From NCBI GenBank assembly GCA_002796125.1, contig PCWA01000109.1, positions 65,347 to 129,346 on the forward strand: a DNA stretch of 64,000 nucleotides, in the 5' to 3' direction. Positions 43,969 to 53,723 of this stretch are shown here, piece after piece; the first letter of the stretch is position 1; each line of letters opens with the position of its first letter. The DNA is from Candidatus Ghiorseimicrobium undicola (lineage in GTDB: Bacteria; Omnitrophota; Gorgyraeia; Ghiorseimicrobiales; Ghiorseimicrobiaceae). The notes under the pieces were generated by a model. That model ran no database searches. It was not told where the DNA came from and saw only the letters and a list, made by a program, of their open reading frames with translations. Both the position numbers and the translations under genes were made by a program.

Positions 43969-45048
43969 TTATTTTTTAAATAAAGGATCAAGGGCGTCCC
44001 TTAAACCATCGGCCAAAAGGTTAAACGCCATAACTACGGCAAAAATAAACAAACCCGGCAAAAGCACCCAGGGATAAAACCTGATTTGCACGATATTCAT
44101 CGCCTCAGATAACATATTACCCCAGCTGGGCATAGGATCCTGTATGCCCAGCCCTAAAAGGCTTAAAGCCGTCTCACCTAAAATATAAGCCGGAATAGCC
44201 AATGCGGCATTTATTATCGCATAAGAGGAGCAATGGGGAAGAATATGACGCAGAATTATCTTTATATCAGAAACACCTAAAGTTTTTGCCGCAAGCACAT
44301 ATTCCCTCTCTCTCAATGAAAGGCTCATGCCGCGTATAACGCGCGCCAGGCCCGGCCAACCCACAAAAGAAAGAATAAAAACAACCATCAAATACACGTG
44401 AGCAGAGCTTAGGCCGGGAGGAAATGCCGCTCGCAAAGAAAGCATAAGATAAAAAGTAGGAATCATCATGACCATCTCGGTAAGGCGCATTAAAAAATTA
44501 TCCAAGCCTCCGCCGTAAAAACCGGATATTCCGCCGATAATCAAACCGATAAGAAAAGAAATAGATACACCAATCAAGCCTATGGTCAGTGAAATCCGCG
44601 AGCCGTAAATAAGGCGCGAAAAAATATCCCTGCCCCTGGAGTCCGCGCCCCAAAGATAAATTCTTGCCGGTTTATCTACTCCGAGCAAACACCTGTCGAA
44701 TCCAAACAAAAATAAAAATTTGTATTTTTCACGTTTGGCAAAAAACTTCAACGGGTATATTTTTTCCTTATCCTCCCTATAAACTCTCCTCCTGTATTCA
44801 TCAAGCTCTATTGTCTTTGCGTATATAAACGGTGGCCGCAATTTTCCCGCATCGTCAAAGAAATGTACGCGCGACGGAGGGGCATAAGAAAAAAGCCTTT
44901 CTTCATCATCATAGGCGTAAGGGACAATGAAATCCGTAAAAATTGCCGCCGCATATAAAACCAATAAAATAAACAGGCTTATCATGCTGGCACGGCTTCT
45001 CTTTAAATGTGATAAGGCAAGCCGGAATTGGCTCCTGGATTTACGCAT
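43969..45048 (-). CDS. Oligopeptide ABC transporter permease (OppC/DppC type)
   Basis: 359-aa permease of the BPD transporter family. Confidence 0.85.
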   Translation of the reverse strand: MRKSRSQFRLALSHLKRSRASMISLFILLVLYAAAIFTDFIVPYAYDDEERLFSYAPPSRVHFFDDAGKLRPPFIYAKTIELDEYRRRVYREDKEKIYPLKFFAKREKYKFLFLFGFDRCLLGVDKPARIYLWGADSRGRDIFSRLIYGSRISLTIGLIGVSISFLIGLIIGGISGFYGGGLDNFLMRLTEMVMMIPTFYLMLSLRAAFPPGLSSAHVYLMVVFILSFVGWPGLARVIRGMSLSLREREYVLAAKTLGVSDIKIILRHILPHCSSYAIINAALAIPAYILGETALSLLGLGIQDPMPSWGNMLSEAMNIVQIRFYPWVLLPGLFIFAVVMAFNLLADGLRDALDPLFKK

Positions 45049-46006
45049 GCCGGATCCTTGGGTCTACTTTTGCCAGAATTATATCGGCTAATAAATTCCC
45101 GAATAATAAGAGCGCGCTCGACATAAGAAAACTTCCCATAACCAGATAATTATCTCCGCTTCTTACGGCGGTAAACATTACAGAGCCTAATCCGGGCCAA
45201 GCGCAGATAATTTCAATAAGGGCCGCTCCGCTAAGCAGGCCGGAAAAGTTATAGCCGAATATCGTGACCAGAGGGTTTACGGCATTGCGCAAAGCATGAT
45301 GATAAACAACCCTGCCTTCCGGAAGCCCCTTGGCCCGGGCAAAGGTAATGTACTGCTGGCGCAGGACATCCAGCAGGTTAGCGCGGGTAATACGCTGCAG
45401 GCCCGCGATGCCGCCTACAGAAATAACAACCGTGGGGATTATTAAATGCCGCGCGATATCCCATGTTTTTCGCATAAAATTTAAAGAATCGAAATTCGCC
45501 GAACGCATCCCCCCTAACGGCAGAAAGTTGCCAAGGCTTGCCAAATTCAATAACAACAACGCCAGAAAAAAACTGGGAATGGAAATACCTATAAATGAAA
45601 CAAAGGAAACAGCCCTGTCTTTTAAGCTTCCATAATGAACAGCGCTATATATACCCAAAGGAATCGCGATAAGCCAGCTAAAGATAAGGCTGCTTAAGGA
45701 AAGAATAAAAGTATTAAACAACCTTCTCATGATTATGGTGCGAACCGGGGCATTATAAAAAAATGAATAACCGAAATCGAACCTAAGCAGATTCTTAAGC
45801 CAATACAAATACTGCATGAATACGGGCTTATCCAGCCCGTAAAGCGCCTCATATTTGGCTATTGTCGCCGCCGACACCTGCGGGTCCATTTTCATCGTAT
45901 CAAAATAATTACCGGAAGCCATATTTATAATAAAAAAGGTAACCAGCGACATGCCGATAATCAACGGCACGGCTATCAATATTCTTCGAATTATATAAGT
46001 AAACAT
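45041..46006 (-). CDS. Oligopeptide ABC transporter permease (OppB/DppB type)
   Basis: Permease. I prefer the ATG start at 46006 (MFTYIIRRI); the track begins at a TTG at 46015. Confidence 0.85.
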   Translation of the reverse strand: MFTYIIRRILIAVPLIIGMSLVTFFIINMASGNYFDTMKMDPQVSAATIAKYEALYGLDKPVFMQYLYWLKNLLRFDFGYSFFYNAPVRTIIMRRLFNTFILSLSSLIFSWLIAIPLGIYSAVHYGSLKDRAVSFVSFIGISIPSFFLALLLLNLASLGNFLPLGGMRSANFDSLNFMRKTWDIARHLIIPTVVISVGGIAGLQRITRANLLDVLRQQYITFARAKGLPEGRVVYHHALRNAVNPLVTIFGYNFSGLLSGAALIEIICAWPGLGSVMFTAVRSGDNYLVMGSFLMSSALLLFGNLLADIILAKVDPRIRHA

Positions 46007-46118
46007 AATTGGCAATGTAAAATTAAAAATACAGAATTTAAAATCATAATTAAAAATTTAAAAATGAATTAAAACTTTTAATTTACAATTATAATTTTTC
46101 AATTTTCATTTTTAACTT
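46007..46118. other. About 90% A+T spacer between oppA and oppB with imperfect dyad symmetry
   Basis: aattaaaaatttaaaaatgaattaaaacttttaatttacaattataatttttcaattttcatttttaactttt. Confidence 0.4.
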
Positions 46119-47864
46119 TTAATTTTTAATGTATATTTCTTCCAAATTATGAAAAGCCCCTCCGAAACTTGAGAGTTTTAAATTACCGAATTTATTGCGC
46201 ACGGCAAACATGGAGTCTGACAATACGGTATAAATTAAAGGCAGTTCTTTTGAGACAATCACCTGCCATTCATCATAGAGCGATTTTCGGTTCTTTTCAT
46301 CCAATTCCTGAACCGCTAAATCGAAGATTTCATCAATGCGCCTCTCCCATGATGTTTGAGGGCTAAGCTGCTCAGGATTCCACATATGAAGGCGGCCGCT
46401 GGATGCCCAAACATTCCTGCCGAAATGCGGCTCAATGCCTCCAGTTAAGCCGATAATCATGGCATCCCAGTCAAAGGTAGAAGTAAGCCGCTGGACAAGA
46501 TTATTGAATTCCAAAGGTAAAAAATTAACCTTTATGCCGATACGGGATAAATCATTGCTGATAATAGCGGCCATCTGTATTCTCTGATTATCCTGCGCGC
46601 TGGTATAAAGGCTAAATTCTATATCCTTGCCATTTTCATCTTCCAGCAAACCATCGCCGTCAATATCCTTATATCCTGATTCATCCAAAATATCACGCGC
46701 CTTATCTAAATCATAATCATAGGCCTCAACATCGGGATTATAGAAAAATCCTGCCGATGGGCTCATAGCTGAATCCTGCGCGATACCAAATCCATTCATC
46801 AGGATTTGAATAATCATTTCCTTGTCTATGGAATGGGCTATTGCTTTTCTAAAATTTACATCTTTAAACCATCCCAATTTATTGGCGTTAATATAGGGTT
46901 TGTTGGACCGCGGATTTAGGCCGCTGTTTTGATTAAATACTATAAAATTACTGCCAAACGCGGGGCCGGTATTGTAAATAGTAAAATCCCTTTCCTTCTC
47001 TTTCGGCTTGAGCAGTGGGTAATCCGTCCCCCTCAACGAATAATAATCAATTTCTCCATCTAGAAATTTCAACAAGGCCGTGTCCTGATTACCCAATATA
47101 ATAAAAATTATTTTTTCCATATAGGGAAGGTTATTTCCGTTTTTGTCCCGCCTATAATAATCCGGGTTCCTCCTTAAAACTATCCGCTCGCCGGGGATAT
47201 ATTGCGAAAGCATGAAAGGGCCTGTCCCGATAATCTCTGAAGGTTTGGAATCCGCCCCCCAGGTAAAATTAAATTTTCCGTTTTCAACAGACGATTCTAA
47301 AATATGTTTGGGCAGGATTTCTGTAGACATCGCCCTTAAAAAAGGCGCGAATTTCTTAGGCAGTATAAATCGCACATGAAATTCATCTATCTTTTGAACC
47401 TTGACAGGCTGGCCTTCTATGCTGAAGATATCCCTGGCAGAATTTGGTATATCATCATTATAGATAAGTTTATTAAAGGTAAAAATTACGTCATCGGCGC
47501 TGAATCTTTCGCCGTCAAACCATACAACATCCCTGCGTAATTTAAAATCCCAGACAAGGCCGCTCTTATCTACGCTCCAGCTTAATGCTAAAGCCGGCTC
47601 AACGGCAAGGGTCAAACCATTGGTCCTGGTCAGGCCTTCAAATATAATCTGTGTGATGGATGTAGTGGATGTTTCTTTGGCAAGGATAGGATTAAAAGAC
47701 CGGGGATCGGATGTCGCAGCCAGAATAAGTTCTCCGCCATATTTTGTATCAGCTGAAAATCCGGGCCTAAAACCGCAAAAAAAAGCCAAGAAAAAAATAA
47801 GTGCCGGGAATAAACGGGATAAATTGCTGTCTTTATTATTTTGCCGCAGGCTGAACCTCAACAT
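46119..47864 (-). CDS. Oligopeptide ABC transporter substrate-binding protein (family 5 SBP)
   Basis: The start is probably the ATG at 47864 (MLRFSL... signal peptide). The track start at 47897 overlaps secG by 62 nt. Confidence 0.8.
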   Translation of the reverse strand: MLRFSLRQNNKDSNLSRLFPALIFFLAFFCGFRPGFSADTKYGGELILAATSDPRSFNPILAKETSTTSITQIIFEGLTRTNGLTLAVEPALALSWSVDKSGLVWDFKLRRDVVWFDGERFSADDVIFTFNKLIYNDDIPNSARDIFSIEGQPVKVQKIDEFHVRFILPKKFAPFLRAMSTEILPKHILESSVENGKFNFTWGADSKPSEIIGTGPFMLSQYIPGERIVLRRNPDYYRRDKNGNNLPYMEKIIFIILGNQDTALLKFLDGEIDYYSLRGTDYPLLKPKEKERDFTIYNTGPAFGSNFIVFNQNSGLNPRSNKPYINANKLGWFKDVNFRKAIAHSIDKEMIIQILMNGFGIAQDSAMSPSAGFFYNPDVEAYDYDLDKARDILDESGYKDIDGDGLLEDENGKDIEFSLYTSAQDNQRIQMAAIISNDLSRIGIKVNFLPLEFNNLVQRLTSTFDWDAMIIGLTGGIEPHFGRNVWASSGRLHMWNPEQLSPQTSWERRIDEIFDLAVQELDEKNRKSLYDEWQVIVSKELPLIYTVLSDSMFAVRNKFGNLKLSSFGGAFHNLEEIYIKN

Positions 47865-48243
47865 TAATCTCTTCGCCTTCTTTTGCTGATGGCACAACGC
47901 CTAATTCTTTATTAGCCTCCTGTGAAACAGAACTATCAACAGTATTCTTGGGCTGACTTTCAGCCATGCCTTCCTGTAACTGCTTTATCGCGGCAGGAAC
48001 CTGGTCCATTAAAGATCGGCCGCGTTTTGCGGATATAAAATAAAGCGATAAACAGGTGGCAAAAAAGATAATCGCTAAAGACGTGGTTGTCTTGGCAAGG
48101 AAAGCGTTGCTTTTTGTCCCAAATATGGATTCAGCTGAAGAAAAAGATTCTAGAAAACCGCCGCCCCTGCCTGATTGAATTAATACAATAGATATGAGCA
48201 AAATACATACTATCACATGGACAGTTATCAAAAAAGCGTACAT
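47836..48243 (-). CDS. secG: Preprotein translocase subunit SecG with a C-terminal extension
   Basis: Two TM helices and the LIQSGRGGG motif. The pgk-tpiA-secG order is conserved. Confidence 0.75.
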   Translation of the reverse strand: MYAFLITVHVIVCILLISIVLIQSGRGGGFLESFSSAESIFGTKSNAFLAKTTTSLAIIFFATCLSLYFISAKRGRSLMDQVPAAIKQLQEGMAESQPKNTVDSSVSQEANKELGVVPSAKEGEEINVEVQPAAK

Positions 48244-48256
48244 TTTATTTTCCTTT

Positions 48257-48443
48257 CAATGAGCACATCCGCCTACGGCGAGATAAGTGCGAATTGATCT
48301 CCTTGCTTAAACAAGGGGTAAATTCTCTTCGAGAATTTCCCCCTTAAGCTTCGGAGTAGGTTAGAACTTATTAAGCTTAAACCTACCCGCAGCCTATCGG
48401 GGAAATTTCGAAGAAATTTACCCGATGCTTAGGCAAGGGATAA
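48257..48443 (-). repeat. Composite mosaic D downstream of tpiA: family-1 element, U1 hairpin, central hairpin, U2 hairpin
   Basis: Positions 48289-48395 are 105/107 identical to 49254-49360. U1 is GGGGTAAATTCTCTTCGAGAATTTCCCC, the central hairpin is GGAGTAGGTT...AACCTACCC, and U2 is ATCGGGGAAATTTCGAAGAAATTTACCCGAT. Confidence 0.7.
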
Positions 48444-49202
48444 TTATTCTATTGATTTTTTTATTATTTCAGAAAATGATTCTAGTTTTAAACTGGCCCC
48501 TCCTACCAGGGCGCCATCTATATCCTCTTGCTCCATTAGCTCTCTTATATTATCAGGCTTAACCGATCCTCCGTACTGTATACGCGCCTTATCAGACAAT
48601 TCTCTATCATAAAGTTCTGCCAATTTCTGCCTAATAAAATAATGGACTTCCTGAGCCTGCTGCGGCGTTGCGGTCTTTCCTGTGCCAATAGCCCACACCG
48701 GCTCATACGCAATAACCATTTTTTCTACATCCTCTTTTTCCAAACCCAAAAGGCCAAGTTTTATATGCTCTTCCACAACATTAAACGTTTTGGCCGATTC
48801 CCGTTCTGATAAATTTTCCCCCACGCACATAATCGGTATCAAGCCCTCTTTCAATACGGCTTTTACTCTTTTATTAACAGTTTCATTGGTTTCTCCGAAA
48901 AACTGCCTTCTTTCGGAATGCCCTATTATAACATATTTTACGCCTAATTCTTTTAGCTGCAGGAGAGAAACTTCTCCGGTAAAAGCCCCCTCCAATTCCC
49001 AGTGGGCATTTTGGGCGCCTAAAGCAATATCGCAATCCGAAATAGCATCAGCTACTTCATCTAAAAGCGTAAAACTCGGGACTATCACAATGTCCGCCGC
49101 TTTAAAGCCGTAAAACTCACGCTTTAGACCGTTAGCAAGCTCAAGCGCCTGCGCTATTGTCTTATACATTTTCCAATTTCCCGCGATAATAGGTTTTCTC
49201 AT
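48444..49202 (-). CDS. tpiA: Triosephosphate isomerase
   Basis: 252 aa, AGNWKM...IGHSERR... Confidence 0.95.
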   Translation of the reverse strand: MRKPIIAGNWKMYKTIAQALELANGLKREFYGFKAADIVIVPSFTLLDEVADAISDCDIALGAQNAHWELEGAFTGEVSLLQLKELGVKYVIIGHSERRQFFGETNETVNKRVKAVLKEGLIPIMCVGENLSERESAKTFNVVEEHIKLGLLGLEKEDVEKMVIAYEPVWAIGTGKTATPQQAQEVHYFIRQKLAELYDRELSDKARIQYGGSVKPDNIRELMEQEDIDGALVGGASLKLESFSEIIKKSIE

Positions 49203-49203
49203 G

Positions 49204-49463
49204 TTAATGAGCGCGTAACTTACGGAGTTCGAAGAACGACGTAAGTTATCTGCGCGAATTAATCTCCTTGCTTAAACAAGGGGTAAATTCTCTTCGAGAA
49301 TTTCCCCCTTAAGCTTCGGAGTAGGTTAGAACTTATTAAGCTTAAACCTACCCACAGCCTGCCCACAAGGGCGGGCCATCCTAATACCTTTAAAGGATGG
49401 GCCCTATCGGGTAAATATCGTAGAGATTTACCCGATGTTTAGGCGAGGGATAATGGCCATATT
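49204..49463 (-). repeat. Composite mosaic H upstream of tpiA: long-stem family-1 element, U1, central hairpin, a GC-rich hairpin, U2
   Basis: It contains the same 107-bp block as mosaic D, plus an extra GGGCCATCC...GGATGGGCCC hairpin (49361-49404). Confidence 0.7.
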
Positions 49464-50645
49464 TTATTTATCACTCAAAGCCGCAATCCCCGGCAATACC
49501 TTTCCTTCCATATATTCAAGTGAAGCGCCTCCGCCTGTTGAAATATGCGTCATTTTATCCTCCAGGCCGAATTTCGCTATCATTGCCGCGGTATCGCCTC
49601 CGCCGATTATCTTTATGGCGGATAAATTACCAAGAAAAGATGCTACCTTTCGCGAGCCGTTACTAAAGGCATCCACCTCAAAAATACCCAAAGGCCCGTT
49701 CCAGGCGATAGTCGCGGCATTCCTTAACGCCTCACAAAATTTATCCACTGTCTTTGGCCCTATATCCACGCCGATTAAACCATCGGCTATGTTCTCACCT
49801 ACGGCATCAACCTTGCCCGTACCATCAATCTTATCGCTGACTACATTATCTACCGGCAGTAAAATCTTAATATTTTTTTCTTTCGCCTTATCCAGTAAAC
49901 TCTTTGCCAAATCCAGCCTTTCCGGCTCAAGCTTTGAATTGCCTATCGCTTTACCCTGCGCCTTCAAAAACGTATAACACATTCCTCCGCCTATAATTAT
50001 CTCATCGGCTTTATTCAGCATGTTTTCAATCAGAAGGATTTTATCGGAAACCTTAGCCCCTCCCAGAATTAAGACAAACGGCTTCTTGGGATTATTTAAC
50101 GCCCCGCCTAAATATTCTATCTCCTTTGTCAGTAAAAATCCTGCGGCAGATTTCAAATAATTGGTAACACCTTCGGTAGATGCGTGCGCGCGGTGGGCAG
50201 TACCAAAGGCATCATTTATGAATAACTCTCCTAACGATGCCAGTTTTTTCGCAAATTCGGCATCATTCTTTTCTTCTTCTTTATAGAATCTTAAATTTTC
50301 CAATAAAACTACTCTTTCTGATGCTTCCTCTATATCTTTCTTAACGAGCTCACCTATGCAGTCGTCTAATTTCTTAACCGGCTCACCTAACAAAACCGCC
50401 AATTTTAAAGCAACCGGCGTGAGCCGGTACTCATCAACAACTTTTCCTTTAGGCCTTCCCAAATGACTCATCAAGATTACCTTTGAAGCGCCTTTATCTA
50501 AACAGTATTTTATTGTGGGCAAAGCCGCTTTAATCCTTACGTCATCGGTAATTTTAAAATCTTTATCCTGAGGCACGTTAAAATCAACCCTAATTAAAAC
50601 CTTCTTATTTTTTACATCAATATCTTTAATCGTAAGCTTATTCAT
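49464..50645 (-). CDS. pgk: Phosphoglycerate kinase
   Basis: 393-aa Pgk family protein. Confidence 0.95.
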   Translation of the reverse strand: MNKLTIKDIDVKNKKVLIRVDFNVPQDKDFKITDDVRIKAALPTIKYCLDKGASKVILMSHLGRPKGKVVDEYRLTPVALKLAVLLGEPVKKLDDCIGELVKKDIEEASERVVLLENLRFYKEEEKNDAEFAKKLASLGELFINDAFGTAHRAHASTEGVTNYLKSAAGFLLTKEIEYLGGALNNPKKPFVLILGGAKVSDKILLIENMLNKADEIIIGGGMCYTFLKAQGKAIGNSKLEPERLDLAKSLLDKAKEKNIKILLPVDNVVSDKIDGTGKVDAVGENIADGLIGVDIGPKTVDKFCEALRNAATIAWNGPLGIFEVDAFSNGSRKVASFLGNLSAIKIIGGGDTAAMIAKFGLEDKMTHISTGGGASLEYMEGKVLPGIAALSDK

Positions 50646-50663
50646 AATTTTAATCCTTCTAGG

Positions 50664-51761
50664 TCAAATATTCGCTTTTTCTACAAAGAGTGTCTGCGTA
50701 GGATAAGCAAACTCTATGCTTTCTTTTTCAAACGCTTCTTTTATAGCAAAATTGATTTCCTGCTGTATATCCATATATTTATTATAATCACTGCTCAAAA
50801 CAAAATAGACTATTTCTATAACAAGGTTAAAATCGCCGTATTCCTTAAAGTGGGCCCGGTCAAAAACCGTATCCTTGACGTTGGCAACAATATCCTTGAT
50901 GATACCCGGTATTTTTTTAAGCTGCTGCAGGCTTGTCTGGTAAGTAACCCCTAGAAGAAAGAGAACCCTGCGCTTTTCCATTCTTTTATAATTACGTATC
51001 CGGCTTGAGGCAAGGTCAGAATTTGAAAAAACCAGCTGCTCGCCTCCCAGGCTTCTTACGCGCGTGGTCTTTATACCGATATTCTCTATGACCCCCATAA
51101 ATTCACCGGTGATAATAAAATCCCCCTCCTCAAAAGGTTTATCAAAAAAAATGACAAAATAATTAAAAAGATCCCCTAGTATCGTCTGGGCCGCCAATGC
51201 CACGGCAACACCGCCTATGCCAAGGCCGGCGATTACGGCGGCAATATTAAAACCCAGATTGTCCAGTATGAAAACAAGGGCCGCCCCCCAAAAAACCAGC
51301 CTAACGATATTAAAAAGCGTTACTGATTTTCCTGCTCCGGAAGCCGTTGCAAACTGATCTTTAAGCCATGTATTTTTTAAGAAAAATATTACGATGGCGG
51401 AGGCAAGGCGGGCAATAACAGAGGCCATTACTATAATAAATAGCGAAGATAAAAAATGCTTAAGGGCATCAGCCATAGAAAGCTGACTGATGGAAAAATA
51501 AAACGCGCCAAAATATAAAAGCGGCATTATTATTTTTTCGCATAAGCCTAAAATAAAATCATCCAGGCTATTTTTAGTCTTTTCGGTAATTTTTTTGATT
51601 TTGGCAATTACGATATTTTTTATAATATGCAAAACGATTACCGAAACAATAAAAGTAGCCAGGAATATTAAATAGGCCAATACGCTGTTGCCTAAAAACT
51701 GGTAATCCAATATTGATTTTAAAGCCGAAATATCCATTTCCTTAATTCCGCCTTGCCGCAA
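50664..51761 (-). CDS. Mechanosensitive ion channel, MscS family
   Basis: N-terminal TM helices followed by an MscS beta-domain. Confidence 0.8.
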   Translation of the reverse strand: MRQGGIKEMDISALKSILDYQFLGNSVLAYLIFLATFIVSVIVLHIIKNIVIAKIKKITEKTKNSLDDFILGLCEKIIMPLLYFGAFYFSISQLSMADALKHFLSSLFIIVMASVIARLASAIVIFFLKNTWLKDQFATASGAGKSVTLFNIVRLVFWGAALVFILDNLGFNIAAVIAGLGIGGVAVALAAQTILGDLFNYFVIFFDKPFEEGDFIITGEFMGVIENIGIKTTRVRSLGGEQLVFSNSDLASSRIRNYKRMEKRRVLFLLGVTYQTSLQQLKKIPGIIKDIVANVKDTVFDRAHFKEYGDFNLVIEIVYFVLSSDYNKYMDIQQEINFAIKEAFEKESIEFAYPTQTLFVEKANI

Positions 51762-51765
51762 TCTT

Positions 51766-52716
51766 CTATTTCTCCGGCGACAGGCCCCTTAAATATTTAT
51801 AGTAATCACTATTAGTAGTCAGAATAACAGTACTCTTATCGTCTATCGTATCTTCGTAAGTCTTCAGCGTTTTTGTAAAAGAGTATAATTCCGGGTCCTT
51901 GCTGTAGGCATCGGCATAGATTTTTATTACCTGCGCGTCTGCTTCGCCGCGCAGTACCTCGGCCTTACGATATGCCTCGGAGGTAATCTGCTTTAACTCT
52001 TTTCCTAACTGGCCTTCTATTTCAGCCGATTTCCCATTGCCTTCTGAACGGTATTGTTCAGCCGCGCGCTTGCGCTCTGCAATCATGCGCTCATAAACTT
52101 TACGGCGCACATCATCAACATAATTTACACGTTTAATACGCACGTCCACCAACTCTATCCCGTATTGCGGAGCCAGCTGCCTGGCTTTTTCCAGGATAAA
52201 TTTTTCCAACTCCTCCCTGCCTACATCTATGCGTTCCAGAGCTTCATCTGCCACAGAAAGATCTTTCTCTAGCTGCTCCAATTCCAAGACACGGTTTGTA
52301 TTCCTTACCGCATCCACCAATAAATGCGCGGTTATGGTATCGCGTGTTGCCGAATTGATAATGTCATCAAGCCGGGCGTGAGCGCCTATTTCATTACCCA
52401 CAGACTGTAGGAACTTCAAAGGGTCTGATATATTCCAGCGCGCGTATGTATCAACCCAAATATATTTTTTATCCCGGGTAGGTATCTGGTTAGGGTCGCC
52501 GTCCCATTCAAGAAGCCTTTTTTCAAAATAATTCGCCTGTTGAATAAAAGGAATTTTGAAATAAAGGCCGGCATTAGATATGGGGCTGCCTACCGGCTCG
52601 CCAAACTGCGTGATTACAACCTGTTTCGTCTCATCCACAACATAAACAACTCCGCTAAATAGAACAAGCAGGATAAAAACCAGTGACACAAGTAATACTG
52701 CTGAAAAAAACTTCAT
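51766..52716 (-). CDS. hflC: Protease modulator HflC (SPFH/band-7)
   Basis: 316-aa band-7 protein with one N-terminal TM helix. Confidence 0.85.
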   Translation of the reverse strand: MKFFSAVLLVSLVFILLVLFSGVVYVVDETKQVVITQFGEPVGSPISNAGLYFKIPFIQQANYFEKRLLEWDGDPNQIPTRDKKYIWVDTYARWNISDPLKFLQSVGNEIGAHARLDDIINSATRDTITAHLLVDAVRNTNRVLELEQLEKDLSVADEALERIDVGREELEKFILEKARQLAPQYGIELVDVRIKRVNYVDDVRRKVYERMIAERKRAAEQYRSEGNGKSAEIEGQLGKELKQITSEAYRKAEVLRGEADAQVIKIYADAYSKDPELYSFTKTLKTYEDTIDDKSTVILTTNSDYYKYLRGLSPEK

Positions 52717-52724
52717 GCTACCCC

Positions 52725-53714
52725 CTAATCTGTTTTGGAATCTAATTTTAATAAAGGCAATATGGAAGATTGGCTAGGATCAATTATATATTTATTCTTT
52801 GCCTTAGGCAAAACCTCCATCATGGTTTCCAAATAAAGGCGATTTTTTGTCACCTCAGGCGCTTTTTTATATTCGGCAAGCATCGCCAAAAATCTATCCG
52901 CTTCGCCTTTTGCCCTATTTACCTTATCCAAAGCGTATCCCTCCGCCTCTCTTATAGTTTTTTCCGCCTCACCCTTTGCCTTTGGTATTATTTTATTATA
53001 GTTTTCCCACGCCTGGTTAATCATACGCTCTTTTTCCTGCTTGGCCTCATTTACTTCATTAAAAGCCGGTTGCACGGGTTCAGGAGGATTCACGTCTAAA
53101 AGTTTAACAGTCACAACCCTTATGCCTGTTTCATATTTATTAAGTATCTTCTGCATCTCTACCTGGGCCAGGTCGCTGATTTCCTCTCTTGAGGTGGTTA
53201 GGGCCTCATCTACAAGATAATTACCCACCAGCCTGCGCATTATGACTTCGGAAACATCACGCACATTATCTATAGGATCCCTGGTGTTAAAAAGAACTTT
53301 TACCGGATCATTTACCCGAAACTGCACGATCCAACGTACGTCAAGAGTATTTAAATCGCCGGTAAGCATCAGTGATTCATCCAAATATTTCTGAGAAGAA
53401 TATTCGGTTTGTATTCCCGGCCTAAGCGTACGAAAACCAAATTCTTCCTTAAATACGCGCTCTTTTTTAACCGGCGTTACTTTATCTATGCCTAAAGGCA
53501 ATTTAAAATGTAATCCGGGATTGGTTGTAGTAATATACTTACCAAAACGCTGCGCAACTCCAACCTCTTCGGTCTTTATTGAATATATCGAACCGGAGAT
53601 AAGAATGATAACGAAAAGTATAAGAATAATCCAAGGGGCATAATTTGAATAACGCTTAAATTCATTCTTACCCACATTGATAATGTCTTCCGGAGAAAAA
53701 TCCTGCATAACCAC
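52725..53714 (-). CDS. hflK: Protease modulator HflK (SPFH/band-7)
   Basis: 329-aa band-7 protein, upstream partner of hflC. Confidence 0.85.
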   Translation of the reverse strand: MVMQDFSPEDIINVGKNEFKRYSNYAPWIILILFVIILISGSIYSIKTEEVGVAQRFGKYITTTNPGLHFKLPLGIDKVTPVKKERVFKEEFGFRTLRPGIQTEYSSQKYLDESLMLTGDLNTLDVRWIVQFRVNDPVKVLFNTRDPIDNVRDVSEVIMRRLVGNYLVDEALTTSREEISDLAQVEMQKILNKYETGIRVVTVKLLDVNPPEPVQPAFNEVNEAKQEKERMINQAWENYNKIIPKAKGEAEKTIREAEGYALDKVNRAKGEADRFLAMLAEYKKAPEVTKNRLYLETMMEVLPKAKNKYIIDPSQSSILPLLKLDSKTD

Positions 53715-53723
53715 CCCCTTAAA

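Noticed and set aside
43753-49463. Possible CRISPR array, given the repeated about 27-nt hairpin units
   Set aside because: The units are not regularly spaced. They occur in both orientations, they are separated by other conserved modules rather than unique spacers, and no cas genes are present. This is a mosaic of palindromic repeats, not a CRISPR locus.
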